From contig JAUNLD010000005.1 in assembly GCA_030532425.1 (NCBI GenBank), positions 7,670 to 71,669 on the forward strand: 64,000 bases of DNA, written 5' to 3'. The notes under the pieces were generated by a model. That model saw nothing but the letters and a program-made list of their open reading frames with translations, made no database searches and had not been told where the DNA came from. Below are positions 48,829 to 60,134 of this stretch, in pieces; within the stretch, counting starts at the first letter, position 1; every line of letters starts with the position of its first letter. Source of the DNA: Lautropia sp. (GTDB lineage: Bacteria > Pseudomonadota > Gammaproteobacteria > Burkholderiales > Burkholderiaceae_E). Position numbers and translations under genes: made by a program.

Positions 48829-50538
48829 ATGTTGCAACAGCCCGCTTCCAAATATCGTTCCTTCCCCCCGGTGGGCCTCAAGGACCGCACCTGGCCCGAC
48901 GTCGTGCTGCAAAAGGCGCCGATCTGGCTGAGCACCGATCTGCGTGATGGCAACCAGGCCCTGATCGAGCCGATGAACGTCGAGCGCAAGCTGGCGATGT
49001 TCCAGCTGCTGGTGCAGGTGGGCTTCAAGGAAATCGAGGTCGGCTTTCCATCGGCTTCGCAGACCGAGTTCGACTTCGTGCGCCGTCTGATCGAAGAAGA
49101 CCTGATTCCCGAGGATGTCACCATCCAGGTGCTGTCACAGGCGCGCGAGCCGCTGATCCGCCGCACCTTTGAATCGCTCAGGGGGGCGCGTCGCGCCATC
49201 GTCCACATCTACACCGCCTGTGCGCCGGTGATGCGCAAGGTTGTGCTGGGGCTGGACGAAGACGGCCTGGTCGACCTGGCCGTGTCGCAGACGAAACTGG
49301 TGCGTCAGCTGGCCGATGCGCAGCCCGGGACGCACTGGGGCTTCGAGTATTCGCCCGAGATGTTCTCGGGCACCGAGCTGGCGTTTTCCAAGCGGGTGGT
49401 CGATGCCGTCGTCGAGGCCTGGGGCGCCACGGCAGACAACAAGATCATCATCAACCTGCCGTCCACGGTCGAGCATTCCACGCCCAACATCTTTGCCGAC
49501 ATGATCGAATGGATGCACCGCAACCTCCAGCGCCGTGAAGCGATCGTGCTGTCGGTACACCCGCACAACGACCGTGGTACCGGTACGGCGGCCGCCGAGT
49601 TTGCGCTGATGGCCGGCGCCGACCGTCTCGAGGGTTGCCTGTTCGGCAATGGCGAGCGTACCGGCAACTGCGATCTGGTCAACGTGGCGCTCAACCTCTA
49701 CACCCAGGGCGTGCATCCGGGGCTGGATTTTTCCGACATCGACGAGATCCGTCGTGTGGCGGAGCACTGCACCCAGCTGGCCGTGCACCCGCGCCACCCT
49801 TATGTGGGCGATCTGGTCTACACCTCGTTCTCGGGTTCGCACCAGGATGCGATCAAGAAGGTGTTTGCCGTGCGCAAGGAAGGGGCGCCGTGGGATGTTC
49901 CCTACCTGCCCATCGATCCGAAAGACCTGGGGCGCACCTACGAGGCCGTCATCCGTGTCAACAGCCAGTCGGGCAAGGGCGGCATGGCCTACCTGCTGGA
50001 GAACAACTACGGGCTGGAGCTGCCGCGCCGGTTGCAGATCGAGTTCAGCCGCGTGGTGCAGAAGGAAATGGATGCCTCGGGCCGCGAGCTGCTGGCCAGC
50101 GACCTGTGGGCACTGTTCCAGAAGGAATACCGGCTGGCCGACATGCCGGCACCGCGCCAGCGTGCCATCTCCGAAACCGATGGCGATGGCAACAGCCGGG
50201 TCGCGCTGCGGGCCGACATCCTGCTGGACGGCGAGATCGTCAGCATCGAGGGCCAGGGTACCGGGCCGGTCGATGCCTTCGTCGCCGGCATCAATGCCAC
50301 CGGCCGTCGCCGGGTGCGGGTGATGGACTACCGCGAGCATGCGATCGGCTCGGGTGCCAATGCGCAGGCCGTGGCCTATCTCGAACTGCGCCTCGATGAC
50401 GACCAGACCCTGTTTGGGGTGGGCATGGATGCCGACATCCTCACGGCCTCGCTCAAGGGCATCCTGTCGGGTCTGGCGCGCTACGAGCGCATGGTGCCGA
50501 GACAGGCGGCAGATCACGGCCAGCGTTCGGCTGCCTGA
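48829..50538 (+). CDS. leuA: 2-isopropylmalate synthase (yeast-like type)
   Basis: [55 protein letters not shown]. Confidence 0.97.
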   Translation: MLQQPASKYRSFPPVGLKDRTWPDVVLQKAPIWLSTDLRDGNQALIEPMNVERKLAMFQLLVQVGFKEIEVGFPSASQTEFDFVRRLIEEDLIPEDVTIQVLSQAREPLIRRTFESLRGARRAIVHIYTACAPVMRKVVLGLDEDGLVDLAVSQTKLVRQLADAQPGTHWGFEYSPEMFSGTELAFSKRVVDAVVEAWGATADNKIIINLPSTVEHSTPNIFADMIEWMHRNLQRREAIVLSVHPHNDRGTGTAAAEFALMAGADRLEGCLFGNGERTGNCDLVNVALNLYTQGVHPGLDFSDIDEIRRVAEHCTQLAVHPRHPYVGDLVYTSFSGSHQDAIKKVFAVRKEGAPWDVPYLPIDPKDLGRTYEAVIRVNSQSGKGGMAYLLENNYGLELPRRLQIEFSRVVQKEMDASGRELLASDLWALFQKEYRLADMPAPRQRAISETDGDGNSRVALRADILLDGEIVSIEGQGTGPVDAFVAGINATGRRRVRVMDYREHAIGSGANAQAVAYLELRLDDDQTLFGVGMDADILTASLKGILSGLARYERMVPRQAADHGQRSAA

Positions 50539-50734
50539 TCCAGGTCAACTGTTGTTGTTGCCGGGGGGCTGTCACCCCGGCTTGCGCTGGCTTCCGGCAC
50601 AGCGGGGGCGTATGATTGGCTCTGTTTTCAGAGTCGTCTCCGGCCTCGTGCGTGTCGGTGGTTGGCGTGTCGGTTTTGGCCGGCGCCGCGGGCCAGGGAT
50701 GTGCCTTCCAATAAAACCAAGTGGAGCGACATCC

Positions 50735-52180
50735 GTGATAGGAATCCTCAAGCCGACGGCGCACAAACCGCTGTTGCCCGCCGACAAGATCGACCCGACC
50801 TACCGCCGCCTGCGCTGGCAGGTGTTCGCCGGCATCTTCTTCGGCTACGCCGCCTACTATTTCGTGCGTGGCAATTTCGACCTGGCCCAGAAGGGGCTGA
50901 TCGATGCCGGCCTGTTCAACAAGGCCGAGCTGGGGCAGATCGGCGCCGCGGCAGGTCTTGCCTATGGCCTGTCGAAGTTCCTGATGGCCACGGTCTCCGA
51001 CCGCTCCAATCCCAAGGTCTTCCTGCCGCTCGGCCTGTTGCTGTCGGGCCTGTGCATGACGATGATGGGCCTGATGCCCTGGGCCACCTCGGGCGTGTTC
51101 ATCGCCTTCTGCATGATCTTCATCAACGGCTGGTTCCAGGGCATGGGCTGGCCGCCGTGCGGCAAGACGATGGTGCACTGGTGGTCCAAGAGCGAACGCG
51201 GCAGCATCGTCTCGATCTGGAACACCGCCCACAACCTGGGTGGCATGGTGCCGGGGGCGATGGTGCTGCTGGCCGGCTGGATCTGGTACGAGACCCACGG
51301 TGTCGAGGCCAGCAACAAGGACATCTGGCAGCAGGCGCTCTACTACCCCGGCATCGCCGCGATGATCGCCGCCGTGCCCATCTACTTCCTGATGAAGGAT
51401 TCGCCGCAGTCCTGCGGGCTGCCGCCCATCGAGAAGTGGAAGAACGACTATCCCGACGACTACGACGAGGTGAAGTCCGAGCAGAACCTTTCCACCAAGG
51501 AGATCCTCGTCACCTATGTGCTGAAGAACCGGCTGCTCTGGTACATCGCCATCGCCAACGTCTTCGTCTACCTGATCCGCTATGGCGTGCTGAAGTGGTC
51601 GCCCGTGTATCTGGCCGAGGTCAAGCACTTCAACTTCAAGGGCACGGCCTGGGCCTACACCATCTATGAGCTGGCCGCCATTCCCGGCACGCTGCTGTGC
51701 GGCTGGGTGTCGGACAAGGTCTTCAAGGGCAAGCGCGGTCTCACCGGCTTCATCTTCATGATCCTGACCACGGCTGCCGTCGTCGCGCTGTGGATGAACC
51801 CGGCCACGCCGGCCGATGAGGTCGCCAATTACAGTGTCTGGTATCAGAATCCCTATCAGATGACCGACTTTGCCCTGATGACCACCGTGGGCTTCCTGAT
51901 CTACGGTCCGGTGATGCTGATCGGCCTGCATGCGCTTGAGCTGGCGCCCAAGAAGGCGGCCGGCACGGCGGCGGGCTTTACCGGCCTGTTCGGTTATCTG
52001 GGTGGTACCGTGTCGGCATCGGCCGTGGTGGGATGGGCCGCCGAACACTATGGCTGGGATGGCGGCTTCTACGTGATGATCGCAGGGGGCTGTCTGGCCG
52101 TGTTGCTGCTGTTCATCACGATGATCGAGGAGGCCCGTCACAAGGCCACGATTCCGCCGTCCGAGCGTCTGGGCAACTGA
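50735..52180 (+). CDS. glpT: Glycerol-3-phosphate transporter
   Basis: [59 protein letters not shown]; GTG start with GGAG RBS. Confidence 0.96.
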   Translation: MIGILKPTAHKPLLPADKIDPTYRRLRWQVFAGIFFGYAAYYFVRGNFDLAQKGLIDAGLFNKAELGQIGAAAGLAYGLSKFLMATVSDRSNPKVFLPLGLLLSGLCMTMMGLMPWATSGVFIAFCMIFINGWFQGMGWPPCGKTMVHWWSKSERGSIVSIWNTAHNLGGMVPGAMVLLAGWIWYETHGVEASNKDIWQQALYYPGIAAMIAAVPIYFLMKDSPQSCGLPPIEKWKNDYPDDYDEVKSEQNLSTKEILVTYVLKNRLLWYIAIANVFVYLIRYGVLKWSPVYLAEVKHFNFKGTAWAYTIYELAAIPGTLLCGWVSDKVFKGKRGLTGFIFMILTTAAVVALWMNPATPADEVANYSVWYQNPYQMTDFALMTTVGFLIYGPVMLIGLHALELAPKKAAGTAAGFTGLFGYLGGTVSASAVVGWAAEHYGWDGGFYVMIAGGCLAVLLLFITMIEEARHKATIPPSERLGN

Positions 52181-52197
52181 AGAAAGGGGACAACACC

Positions 52198-53769
52198 ATG
52201 CAACGCAATCAGGCCATTGAACAGCTCAAGACCCGGGAGATCTGGGACGTGGTGGTGATCGGTGGCGGTGCAACCGGGCTTGGGGTGGCGCTGGATGCCG
52301 TGACACGCGGCTTCTCGACGCTGCTGCTGGAAGGGCACGATTTTGCCAAGGGCACGTCGAGCCGTTCCACCAAGCTTGTGCATGGCGGGGTTCGCTACCT
52401 GGCGCAGGGCTACATCGACCTGGTGCGCGAGGCGCTGCGCGAACGCGGGCGCCTTGCCCGCAACGTGCCGCACCTGTTCAAGACGCAGGCCTTCATCATC
52501 CCCGGCGAGAAAGCCTGGACGGCGCCGTACTACACCTTCGGGCTGTGGATCTACGACCGCCTGTCGGGCAAGCTCAGCATCGGCAAGACCCGTCACCTCT
52601 CGCAGGCCGAGGCGCGCAAGCGCCTGGCCGGTGTCAAGGACGAGAAACTGCTGGCCGGGGTCTGCTATTACGATGGCCAGTTCGATGATGCACGTCTGGC
52701 GCTATGCCTGGCGCAGTCCGCTGTCGATCACGGGGCTACCGTGCTCAACTACTGCGCCGTCACCGGGTTGCAGAAGAACGCAGCCGGCAAGATCGAGGGT
52801 GTCACCTGCCGCGACAACCTGACCGACGAAACCTACCCGGTCAAGGCCCGTTGCGTGGTCAACGCCACCGGTGTCTTCGCCAACCCGATCCTGGCGATGG
52901 ACGAACCGCACGACAAGCCGCCGATCATCCCCAGCCAGGGGGTGCACATCGTGCTCGACCGCGATTTCCTGCCGGGTGATGATGCGCTGATGGTGCCCAA
53001 GACCTCGGATGGCCGCGTGCTGTTTGCCGTGCCCTGGCATGGCAAGCTGGTGGTGGGCACCACCGACACCCTCATCAAGGAGCCCGACTACGAGCCCCGC
53101 CCGCTGGAGCAGGAGATCGATTTCATCCTGGCCACCGCCCGCGATTACCTCAAGCGTCCACCCAGCCGGGCGGACGTGCGCAGTGTCTTCGTTGGCCTGC
53201 GGCCGCTGGCGGCCCCCAAGGAAGAGGGCAAGTCCACCAAGGAGGTCTCCCGCAGCCACCGGATCGAGGTCAGCCAGTCGGGGCTGGTCAACATCTTCGG
53301 CGGCAAATGGACCACCTATCGTCAGATGGCTGAAGATGCGCTGGATGCCGCGATGCGTCAGGGGGTGCTGCCGCACAAGCCCTGCCGCACGCAGGATCTG
53401 CGCCTGCATGGCTATGTCGGCCCCAACCAGCACCTCGATGACACCCCGCTGACGCTCTATGGCAGCGATGCGGCGGCCATCGAGCAGCTGGCCGCCGGAA
53501 ACCCCGAGCTGGGGGCCCGCCTGCATCCCGACTTCCCCTACACCTATGCACAGGTGCAATGGGCCCTGGAGAACGAGGCTGCCGAAACCCTCGAAGACGT
53601 GCTGGCACGTCGCATCCGCCTGCTGTTCCTGGATGCGAAGGCGGCCGAAGCGGTCGCGCAGCCTGTGGCAGCCTTCATGGCCCGCAAGCGTGGCTGGAGC
53701 GATGAACGCCGCCAGCTGGAAGTCGAGCGTTTCTGCGAACTGGCACGGCAGTATCAGCTGGCTGCCTGA
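52198..53769 (+). CDS. glpD: FAD-dependent glycerol-3-phosphate dehydrogenase
   Basis: IGGGATG, GTSSRSTKLVHGGVRYL, DGQFDDARL, GLRPL, GGKWTTYR. Confidence 0.93.
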   Translation: MQRNQAIEQLKTREIWDVVVIGGGATGLGVALDAVTRGFSTLLLEGHDFAKGTSSRSTKLVHGGVRYLAQGYIDLVREALRERGRLARNVPHLFKTQAFIIPGEKAWTAPYYTFGLWIYDRLSGKLSIGKTRHLSQAEARKRLAGVKDEKLLAGVCYYDGQFDDARLALCLAQSAVDHGATVLNYCAVTGLQKNAAGKIEGVTCRDNLTDETYPVKARCVVNATGVFANPILAMDEPHDKPPIIPSQGVHIVLDRDFLPGDDALMVPKTSDGRVLFAVPWHGKLVVGTTDTLIKEPDYEPRPLEQEIDFILATARDYLKRPPSRADVRSVFVGLRPLAAPKEEGKSTKEVSRSHRIEVSQSGLVNIFGGKWTTYRQMAEDALDAAMRQGVLPHKPCRTQDLRLHGYVGPNQHLDDTPLTLYGSDAAAIEQLAAGNPELGARLHPDFPYTYAQVQWALENEAAETLEDVLARRIRLLFLDAKAAEAVAQPVAAFMARKRGWSDERRQLEVERFCELARQYQLAA

Positions 53770-53953
53770 GCCCTCAGCGCCCGGATGGACGGCGTCGCTG
53801 CCGCCGTTCGGGCCAGAATTGCAGAAGAACGTCACGTCCGATGTCAACGGCCGCCTGAGGTGTGTCGTTTGTCCTTTCTTTTGCAATGGATCGCATCGCT
53901 GGCCCTATACTCGGCGCAGTATTTTCGGGGTATGGCCCTGTCTGCGATCGGAC

Positions 53954-55846
53954 ATGAACAAACGGAGTTTGAACAGCCTGGCGGGCCTGGGTGCCCTGAT
54001 GCTGCTGGCCGGCTGTGCCAGCCTTTCGCCACCGCAAGACGACGGGGCGGCATCCGGCGAAACCCGGGCGCAGGCCAGCGAGGCCGACGTGGAAGGGGCC
54101 GGGGGCAAGGGCCCGTCGCGCCGCAACAGCATCGGCCGTTTTGCCGAGTCGCTGCTGGGCGATCGCAACAACTATCGTTTCGACATCCAGGCGCCCGAGC
54201 GCTTTGCCGATGAGTTCCGCAGCAGCACGCTGCTGGGGCGCTGGCAAAGGCGCACTGATTACGATCCGGTCCAGTTCGAGGGGCTGGTGGGCAAGCTGCA
54301 CGATGAAGTGCTGGCCATGGCTCAGGCCGAGGGCTATTTTTCGCCGGAGATCGATATCGATGCCGATGCGGCCTCCCGGCGTGTCAGCTTGCGCTTCAAG
54401 CCGGGAGAGCGGACGCGCGTTGGCGCGCTCGACATCAGGATCGAGGGCCAGGCGACGGAAAACCGTGCCTTGAGGAATGTGCGCAACCGTTTCGGCATGG
54501 CGGTGGGGGATCCCTTCATCAGCAGCAACTGGCAAAGCGGCAAGAATGCGCTGATCGACGCCATGGAGGCGCAAGGCTATCTGCGTGCGCGCATTGCCCG
54601 CAGCAGTGCCCAGGTCGATGCCCGCAGCGGCAAGGCCAGCCTGCTGGTGGTGGTCGATTCGGGTCCACGCATCGCCTTTGGCGAGCTGCGCATCCAGGGG
54701 CTGTCGCGCTATCCGCAGCGGATCATCGATGATCTGAAGACCTTCAAGACGGGTGACCCGTTCAGCCAGCAGCAGTTGCAGCTGTTTCAGACCCGTCTGG
54801 GCGAGGCCGGTTACTTCAATTCGGCCAGCGCACTGCCCGATCTGCTGGCGCTGCGCGAAGATCCGAATCTGGGGGCCGTGCCCATCCAGGTGGTGGTGGA
54901 CGAGATGCAGCGTCACCGGCTGTCCTACGGTCTGGGCTACAGCACGGATGACGGCTTTCGCGGGCAGATCGGGTTGCAGGATCGCAACCTGCTGGGCTTG
55001 CAGATGGAGGCGGCGGTGGTGTTGTCGCAGCGCTCGCAGCGCGCCTTCAGCAATTTCCGCACGCCCTACGATGCCCACAACCGCTACTACGGCTTTGGCG
55101 GCCGGGTCGAGCGCGAGCGCTTTGACAAGGTGATTACCTGGCGCAGCAACGTCTATGTCGGCTATGGCCGGCGAGAGCGCGACATCGATGCCTTCACCTC
55201 GCTCCAGTATCAGGTTGAAGACGACAAGTTCCGCGAGACCGGCCACTACGAGAGCCTGAAGGCGCTGGTGCTGGGCAAGGCCTGGACCCTGACCCGCTTC
55301 GATTCACTGCTCAATCCCTCGCGGGGATACGGGCTGAAATTCGAGATTTCCGGTGCCAGCCGGCGTGTGCTCAGCGACCGAACCTTCACCCGCTACTACA
55401 CCAGCCTGATCGGACTGCGGCCTCTGGCCAGCAAGGGATTCTGGCGCAATGGCACCGTGGGGGCCCGGCTGGAGCTGGGGGTGGTGAATGCCAGCAGCCG
55501 CAAGGACATCCCCAGCGACAACCTGTTCCTGGCCGGAGGCGCCCAGTCGCTGCGCGGTTATGGTTATCGCTCGCTGGGGCTGGCCAGTCAGGATCGCGCG
55601 CTGGGCATGCGTTATCTGGCCATTGCGTCGCTTGAATATCTGCACCGCATCAACGACCTGTTCTCGCTGGTGGGCTTCTACGATTACGGCAATGTCAGCG
55701 AAAGCTGGAAGGGCTTCGACCCGATTTCGGGCTATGGTGCCGGTGTACAAATGAAGACCCCGGTGGGGCCGGTGCGTCTGGATCTGGCCTATGGCCAGGC
55801 CATCCATCGCTATCGTCTGCACTTCAGCATTGGATTCAGCTTCTGA
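53954..55846 (+). CDS. tamA: Translocation and assembly module TamA (Omp85 family) with lipoprotein-type signal
   Basis: POTRA-like repeats (AEGYF, DSGPR), GYSTDDG, FLAGGAQSLRGY, TPVGPVRLDLAYG, terminal F; upstream of tamB; lipobox LLAGC. Confidence 0.92.
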   Translation: MNKRSLNSLAGLGALMLLAGCASLSPPQDDGAASGETRAQASEADVEGAGGKGPSRRNSIGRFAESLLGDRNNYRFDIQAPERFADEFRSSTLLGRWQRRTDYDPVQFEGLVGKLHDEVLAMAQAEGYFSPEIDIDADAASRRVSLRFKPGERTRVGALDIRIEGQATENRALRNVRNRFGMAVGDPFISSNWQSGKNALIDAMEAQGYLRARIARSSAQVDARSGKASLLVVVDSGPRIAFGELRIQGLSRYPQRIIDDLKTFKTGDPFSQQQLQLFQTRLGEAGYFNSASALPDLLALREDPNLGAVPIQVVVDEMQRHRLSYGLGYSTDDGFRGQIGLQDRNLLGLQMEAAVVLSQRSQRAFSNFRTPYDAHNRYYGFGGRVERERFDKVITWRSNVYVGYGRRERDIDAFTSLQYQVEDDKFRETGHYESLKALVLGKAWTLTRFDSLLNPSRGYGLKFEISGASRRVLSDRTFTRYYTSLIGLRPLASKGFWRNGTVGARLELGVVNASSRKDIPSDNLFLAGGAQSLRGYGYRSLGLASQDRALGMRYLAIASLEYLHRINDLFSLVGFYDYGNVSESWKGFDPISGYGAGVQMKTPVGPVRLDLAYGQAIHRYRLHFSIGFSF

Positions 55847-55847
55847 C

Positions 55848-58800
55848 ATGGCATCGCATGCAATGACACCTGCCACCCCGGAGGCCGCTCCGCTTTCTTC
55901 ACGGCCGGTACCGGGCGGCGGCCCTGATGGCATCCTGCCGGTCACGCGCCGGGGCCGACGGGGTGGTCGCCCGCCGCGCAAGCCGTCCCTGGGGCGGCGG
56001 ATCTTCCGTTGGGCGGTGCGCCTCATCGTCGGGCTGATGCTGCTGGTGCTGGCCGCGCTGCTGTGGCTGGGCTCCGAAACCGGGCTTCAGCATGCCCTGG
56101 GCTGGGCGCAGCAGCTGCTGGTGCGCTTCGATCAGGCACTGGCGGTCGAACAGGTCGAAGGCAATCTCTGGCGCGGCATCCGCATCGGCCGTGTGGAATG
56201 GCGTGGGGCCGGCATGGTGGTGCAGGGATCGGGGCTGAAGGCGCGCTGGTCGTTGCGGGCACTGCTGCGCGGCCATGTGGTCGTGCACGAGTTGCAGGCC
56301 GATCGGCTGATGGTGCAACTGCCGCCGTCCGGCCCGTCCGGCCCGCGTACCGACGTGCCGATGCCCGGTCAGTTTGGTCTGCCGGTGCCGCTGGAGCTGC
56401 GGCGGCTGCGCGTGGACCATTTTGAGCTGTTGCCCGCTGCCGAAGGCAAGGCCACGCCGCAGCCGCTGCTGGTGCTCGATGATGTCCAGGCCGCTGCGGC
56501 CTATGCGCTGGGGCAATACCAGATCACCGGGCTGTCGCTCACCAGTCCGTGGGGGCGGGTGCACGAGGCCACCGCACAGATGGATGCGGCGCCACCGCAC
56601 CGGATCAAGGCCGCCATTCGTGCCGATGGCTCGCTGCAACAATGGCCCTATCTGCTCAACCTCTCGGCCGATGGCGACCTGGATCGCCTGCCCCTGAAGG
56701 TGGATGGCCAGCTGGCCGAAGGGCAGGCTGAGGTAGCGGGTGTGGTGCGGCCGCTGGCCCGCATCCCGGTGGAGCGCCTGCATGTACGCATCGCCGATGC
56801 CAATCTGGCCCGGTTTGCGGCGGCTGGGGCCTTGCCCGAGACCGGCCTGGATCTCGATCTGGACCTTGACCCGGTAGCGGGCAGGGACGACACCTGGCAA
56901 GGGCGCCTGCGGGTGTTCAACCGTCAGGCCGGGGCGCTGGATGCCTCCCGCCTGCCACTGCGCAGCCTGCAGACCGACATCCATCTGCTGCTGCCGCCGG
57001 CCGACCGCTGGGTGCAGGCGCAGGTGGTGCTGGATGGCCTGCAGGCGGCCCTGCCTGTCAGCGCGACGACGCATGACGGCAAGGTGGTGGTGGCCTCGCA
57101 GCGTGAGGCACGCATCCAGGGCGGGTTGCACCTGTGGCCGGGGCGTGAGCTGAAGCTGCCGGGGGTGGTGCTGCCGCAACTCAAGGCCGGGCTGAAACTG
57201 GGCGGGCTGGACCTGGCCCCGCTGGCGAAGGGCTTGCCGCCGACTGCGCTGGAGGGGCAGGTGCAGGTGGATGGGCAACGTTTTCTGGTGGATCTGGCGC
57301 AGGACGTGGAGCGTCTGCGGGCCTTGTTGCCGCCCGAGCTGCAACAGGCGGCCGGTGATGCCCACCTGAAGGTGGCGGGTACGCTGGACGAGCGCTGGCT
57401 GAAGCTGGCCGAGGCCAATGCGGCCCTTGGCGAGGCCCGCCTGGCGGCCAGTGGCCAGATGTCGGTCGACACGCCCCATGCACTTTCCCTCAAGGGCACG
57501 CTGCGCCAGCTGGATCTGGCGCGCTGGCTGCCGGCCTCGGTACCGGTGGATGCCCGCTGGCGCGAAGGCGTGCTGGGAGCTGACTGGTCGGTGGACGGGC
57601 AGCTGATGGCACCGGGACACAAGGCCCGGCTCAGCCTGGATCTGGTCGATGCCCAGGTGGCGGGCAAGCCGCTGGTGGGCCGCCTGCGGGCCAGCCCCGA
57701 ACTCAATGCCGAGGGTCTTCCAGTGCAGCTGGGGGGGGTCGAGCTGCTCCTGGCGCATGGCCAGGCCACCCGGATCGAGGCGAAAGGCGCCCTGGGGCGC
57801 CCGGATGATCGTCTTGATCTGAAGGTGTTGGCCAGTGCCCTCGATCGGCTCGACAGCCGACTGGGCGGCCAGCTGGCGCTGACCGGGCAACTGGCGGGGC
57901 GCCTCGATGCGCTGCGTGCCAGCCTGTCGGGCCAGGGGGATGAGCTGAGCGTGCAGTTGCCCGCGGCCGAAGGCAAGACCGCGCCGGGCGCGGCTGCCGC
58001 CAGCCGACTGCGCATCCGTTCGGTGCGCCTGTCGGCGCAGGCCCCGCTGGCTTTCGACAAGCCCGGTTCGCTGGAGCAGCCCTTGGCGCTGGATGTCGCC
58101 CTGCAACAGCTGTCGCTGGGTGAGCAGCGCATCGAACGGCTCAGGCTCGATCTGCAAGGCTCGGCGGCCCAGCATCAGCTGAGTCTGACCGGGGCACGCG
58201 GGCGTGATCGCCTGCACGTGCAGAGTGAGGGGCGGCTGTCGATGCCACGCCAGGGCTTCCGTTACCAGGCGGATCTGGGCACCTTCGATCTCAGCGGCCG
58301 GGCCAGTGTGCGCCTGCAGGAGCCGGCCAGGGTCAACGTGCATGGCCAGGGGCTGGATACGCGCAACCTGCAATTGAGCCTGCTGGGGGGGCGGATGCAG
58401 CTGGCGCATCTGCTGCTCGATTGGTCCCGGGCATTCAACTTCGACACGGTGGGGCGTGTCGACGGGGTGCAACCATTGCAATTGCGTCGCCTGATGGAGA
58501 TGGACGATGGCCAGGATCTGAGCGTGCTCGAAGCATTGCGGGTGGCGGCCAGCTGGCAGCTGCGCGGGCAGGGCGCCGAGGCCCTCCACGGCGAAGCCCG
58601 GCTGACGCTGACTGAGCAGCCGGCGGTGGGCCAACGTCAGCGGCTGGGCCTGCGTGCCGACAATGGCGCGGTGATGCGCTTCGAGGGCGAGAAGCTGGAT
58701 GGCCGTCTGCGGCTGGACCTGCCCAGCCTGGCTGTGGCCAATCCCTTCCTGGGCAGCGATCTGGCGCTGGACGGCTCGGCAACGGTGGATGGAGTCATCA

Positions 58801-60134
58801 AGGGCAAGTTGCATGAGCCGGTCTTCGATGTGGCTCTCAAAGGCAAGGCACTGCAGGTGTTGCAGCGCTCGGCCGGCTTTGCGCTGCGTCAGGGCTCGCT
58901 CGATGCGCGGCTGGACAACCAGAGTCTGGTGCTGAACCGTCTGCACTTTGTCGCCGGGGAGGGTAGTCTGCAGATCAAGGGTGCTGCCCGGGTGGTCGAG
59001 CGCCCTGGTCTGCAAACCGATGCGTCGCCAGACGAAATCGAGGCTGCCGCCCGCCGGCGTCAGCGCGGGCCACGTCAGGCCTCGGTGTTGCCGATGGATG
59101 GCGTCTTCGACGTGGTGCTGGACCGCTTCCTGGTGCCGGTGGGGCCGGGTCAGAAAGTCACGGTGTCCGGACAGACGCGGCTGAGCAGCACGGCCCGGGG
59201 GCTGGAGCTGACAGGCGATGTCCGCGTCGATGAGGGGCTGATCGAGATCCAGGGCTCGGGCGCTCCCTCGCTGCCTGACGATGTGAAGGTGGTGAACGAA
59301 ACCGTGCCGAGCGAAGAGACGCCCGCCGGTGCGGACGACGCGGCCCTGCGCATCCGCAGCGCGCTGGGCATTGCCCTGGGCGAAAAACTCAAGATCGTCG
59401 GTATGGGGGCCCAGGTGCGCCTGGGGGGTGATCTGGAACTCAGCGGCTTTCTGCCCAGCGAGCCACAGCTCACCGGCCTGGTGCGCATCCTCGATGGCAG
59501 TTATCAGGCCTATGGCCAGGATCTGAAGTTCACCAAGGGGCTGGTGCGCTTCAACGGCCCCATCAACAATCCCTCGCTGGATCTGGAGGCCAAGCGCCCC
59601 TTCCTGCCGGTGGACGTGGGCCTGGCCATCACCGGGCTGGCCAGCAATCCACAGGTCACACTGGTGTCGAAACCGAGCATGTCCGAAACCACCAAGCTGT
59701 CCTGGCTGGTGTTGGGGGTGCCACCCGAAGAGGCCTCCGGGGCGGCCCAGTCACTGGCCCTGCAACAGGCGGGCACCCTGCTCTTTGGCGGGGATGATGG
59801 GCGGCCGTCGCCCACCATTGCCGACCGCCTGGGTCTGGACGTGTTCAACTATGGCTATGCGTCGGATACCGGCGTGGAGGCCGGTGTGCAGGAGTCGATG
59901 ACGCCCAAGGGGGTGCTCAGCGGATCCAGCAGCGACAATACCGGGGCCGAGACCGGCGTCGTCTCGCTGGGCAAGCGCATCAACGACCGCCTGTTCGTCA
60001 GCTACGAGAAAGGCGTGCGCGGCGTCTGGAACCTGCTGCGCATCCAGTACACGCTGGGCAAGGGCTACGTGCTGCGTGCCCAGACCGGTACCGAGAACTC
60101 GCTCGACGTTCTGCGCACCCGCAACTTCGACTGA
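55848..60134 (+). CDS. tamB: Translocation and assembly module TamB
   Basis: N-terminal TM anchor, long beta-rich body, C-terminal DUF490-like GSYQAYGQDL...FNGPINNPSLD...LSWLVLG...VSLGKRINDRLFVSYE. Confidence 0.93.
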   Translation: MASHAMTPATPEAAPLSSRPVPGGGPDGILPVTRRGRRGGRPPRKPSLGRRIFRWAVRLIVGLMLLVLAALLWLGSETGLQHALGWAQQLLVRFDQALAVEQVEGNLWRGIRIGRVEWRGAGMVVQGSGLKARWSLRALLRGHVVVHELQADRLMVQLPPSGPSGPRTDVPMPGQFGLPVPLELRRLRVDHFELLPAAEGKATPQPLLVLDDVQAAAAYALGQYQITGLSLTSPWGRVHEATAQMDAAPPHRIKAAIRADGSLQQWPYLLNLSADGDLDRLPLKVDGQLAEGQAEVAGVVRPLARIPVERLHVRIADANLARFAAAGALPETGLDLDLDLDPVAGRDDTWQGRLRVFNRQAGALDASRLPLRSLQTDIHLLLPPADRWVQAQVVLDGLQAALPVSATTHDGKVVVASQREARIQGGLHLWPGRELKLPGVVLPQLKAGLKLGGLDLAPLAKGLPPTALEGQVQVDGQRFLVDLAQDVERLRALLPPELQQAAGDAHLKVAGTLDERWLKLAEANAALGEARLAASGQMSVDTPHALSLKGTLRQLDLARWLPASVPVDARWREGVLGADWSVDGQLMAPGHKARLSLDLVDAQVAGKPLVGRLRASPELNAEGLPVQLGGVELLLAHGQATRIEAKGALGRPDDRLDLKVLASALDRLDSRLGGQLALTGQLAGRLDALRASLSGQGDELSVQLPAAEGKTAPGAAAASRLRIRSVRLSAQAPLAFDKPGSLEQPLALDVALQQLSLGEQRIERLRLDLQGSAAQHQLSLTGARGRDRLHVQSEGRLSMPRQGFRYQADLGTFDLSGRASVRLQEPARVNVHGQGLDTRNLQLSLLGGRMQLAHLLLDWSRAFNFDTVGRVDGVQPLQLRRLMEMDDGQDLSVLEALRVAASWQLRGQGAEALHGEARLTLTEQPAVGQRQRLGLRADNGAVMRFEGEKLDGRLRLDLPSLAVANPFLGSDLALDGSATVDGVIKGKLHEPVFDVALKGKALQVLQRSAGFALRQGSLDARLDNQSLVLNRLHFVAGEGSLQIKGAARVVERPGLQTDASPDEIEAAARRRQRGPRQASVLPMDGVFDVVLDRFLVPVGPGQKVTVSGQTRLSSTARGLELTGDVRVDEGLIEIQGSGAPSLPDDVKVVNETVPSEETPAGADDAALRIRSALGIALGEKLKIVGMGAQVRLGGDLELSGFLPSEPQLTGLVRILDGSYQAYGQDLKFTKGLVRFNGPINNPSLDLEAKRPFLPVDVGLAITGLASNPQVTLVSKPSMSETTKLSWLVLGVPPEEASGAAQSLALQQAGTLLFGGDDGRPSPTIADRLGLDVFNYGYASDTGVEAGVQESMTPKGVLSGSSSDNTGAETGVVSLGKRINDRLFVSYEKGVRGVWNLLRIQYTLGKGYVLRAQTGTENSLDVLRTRNFD

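Noticed and set aside
55899-59015. 1038-aa antisense ORF opposite tamB, and many similar long shadow ORFs (e.g. 43007-45121, 35231-37201, 61986-63776, 11087-12796)
   Set aside because: These are mirror frames of real genes, expected in high-GC DNA with strong codon bias. They have no recognisable motifs or RBS.
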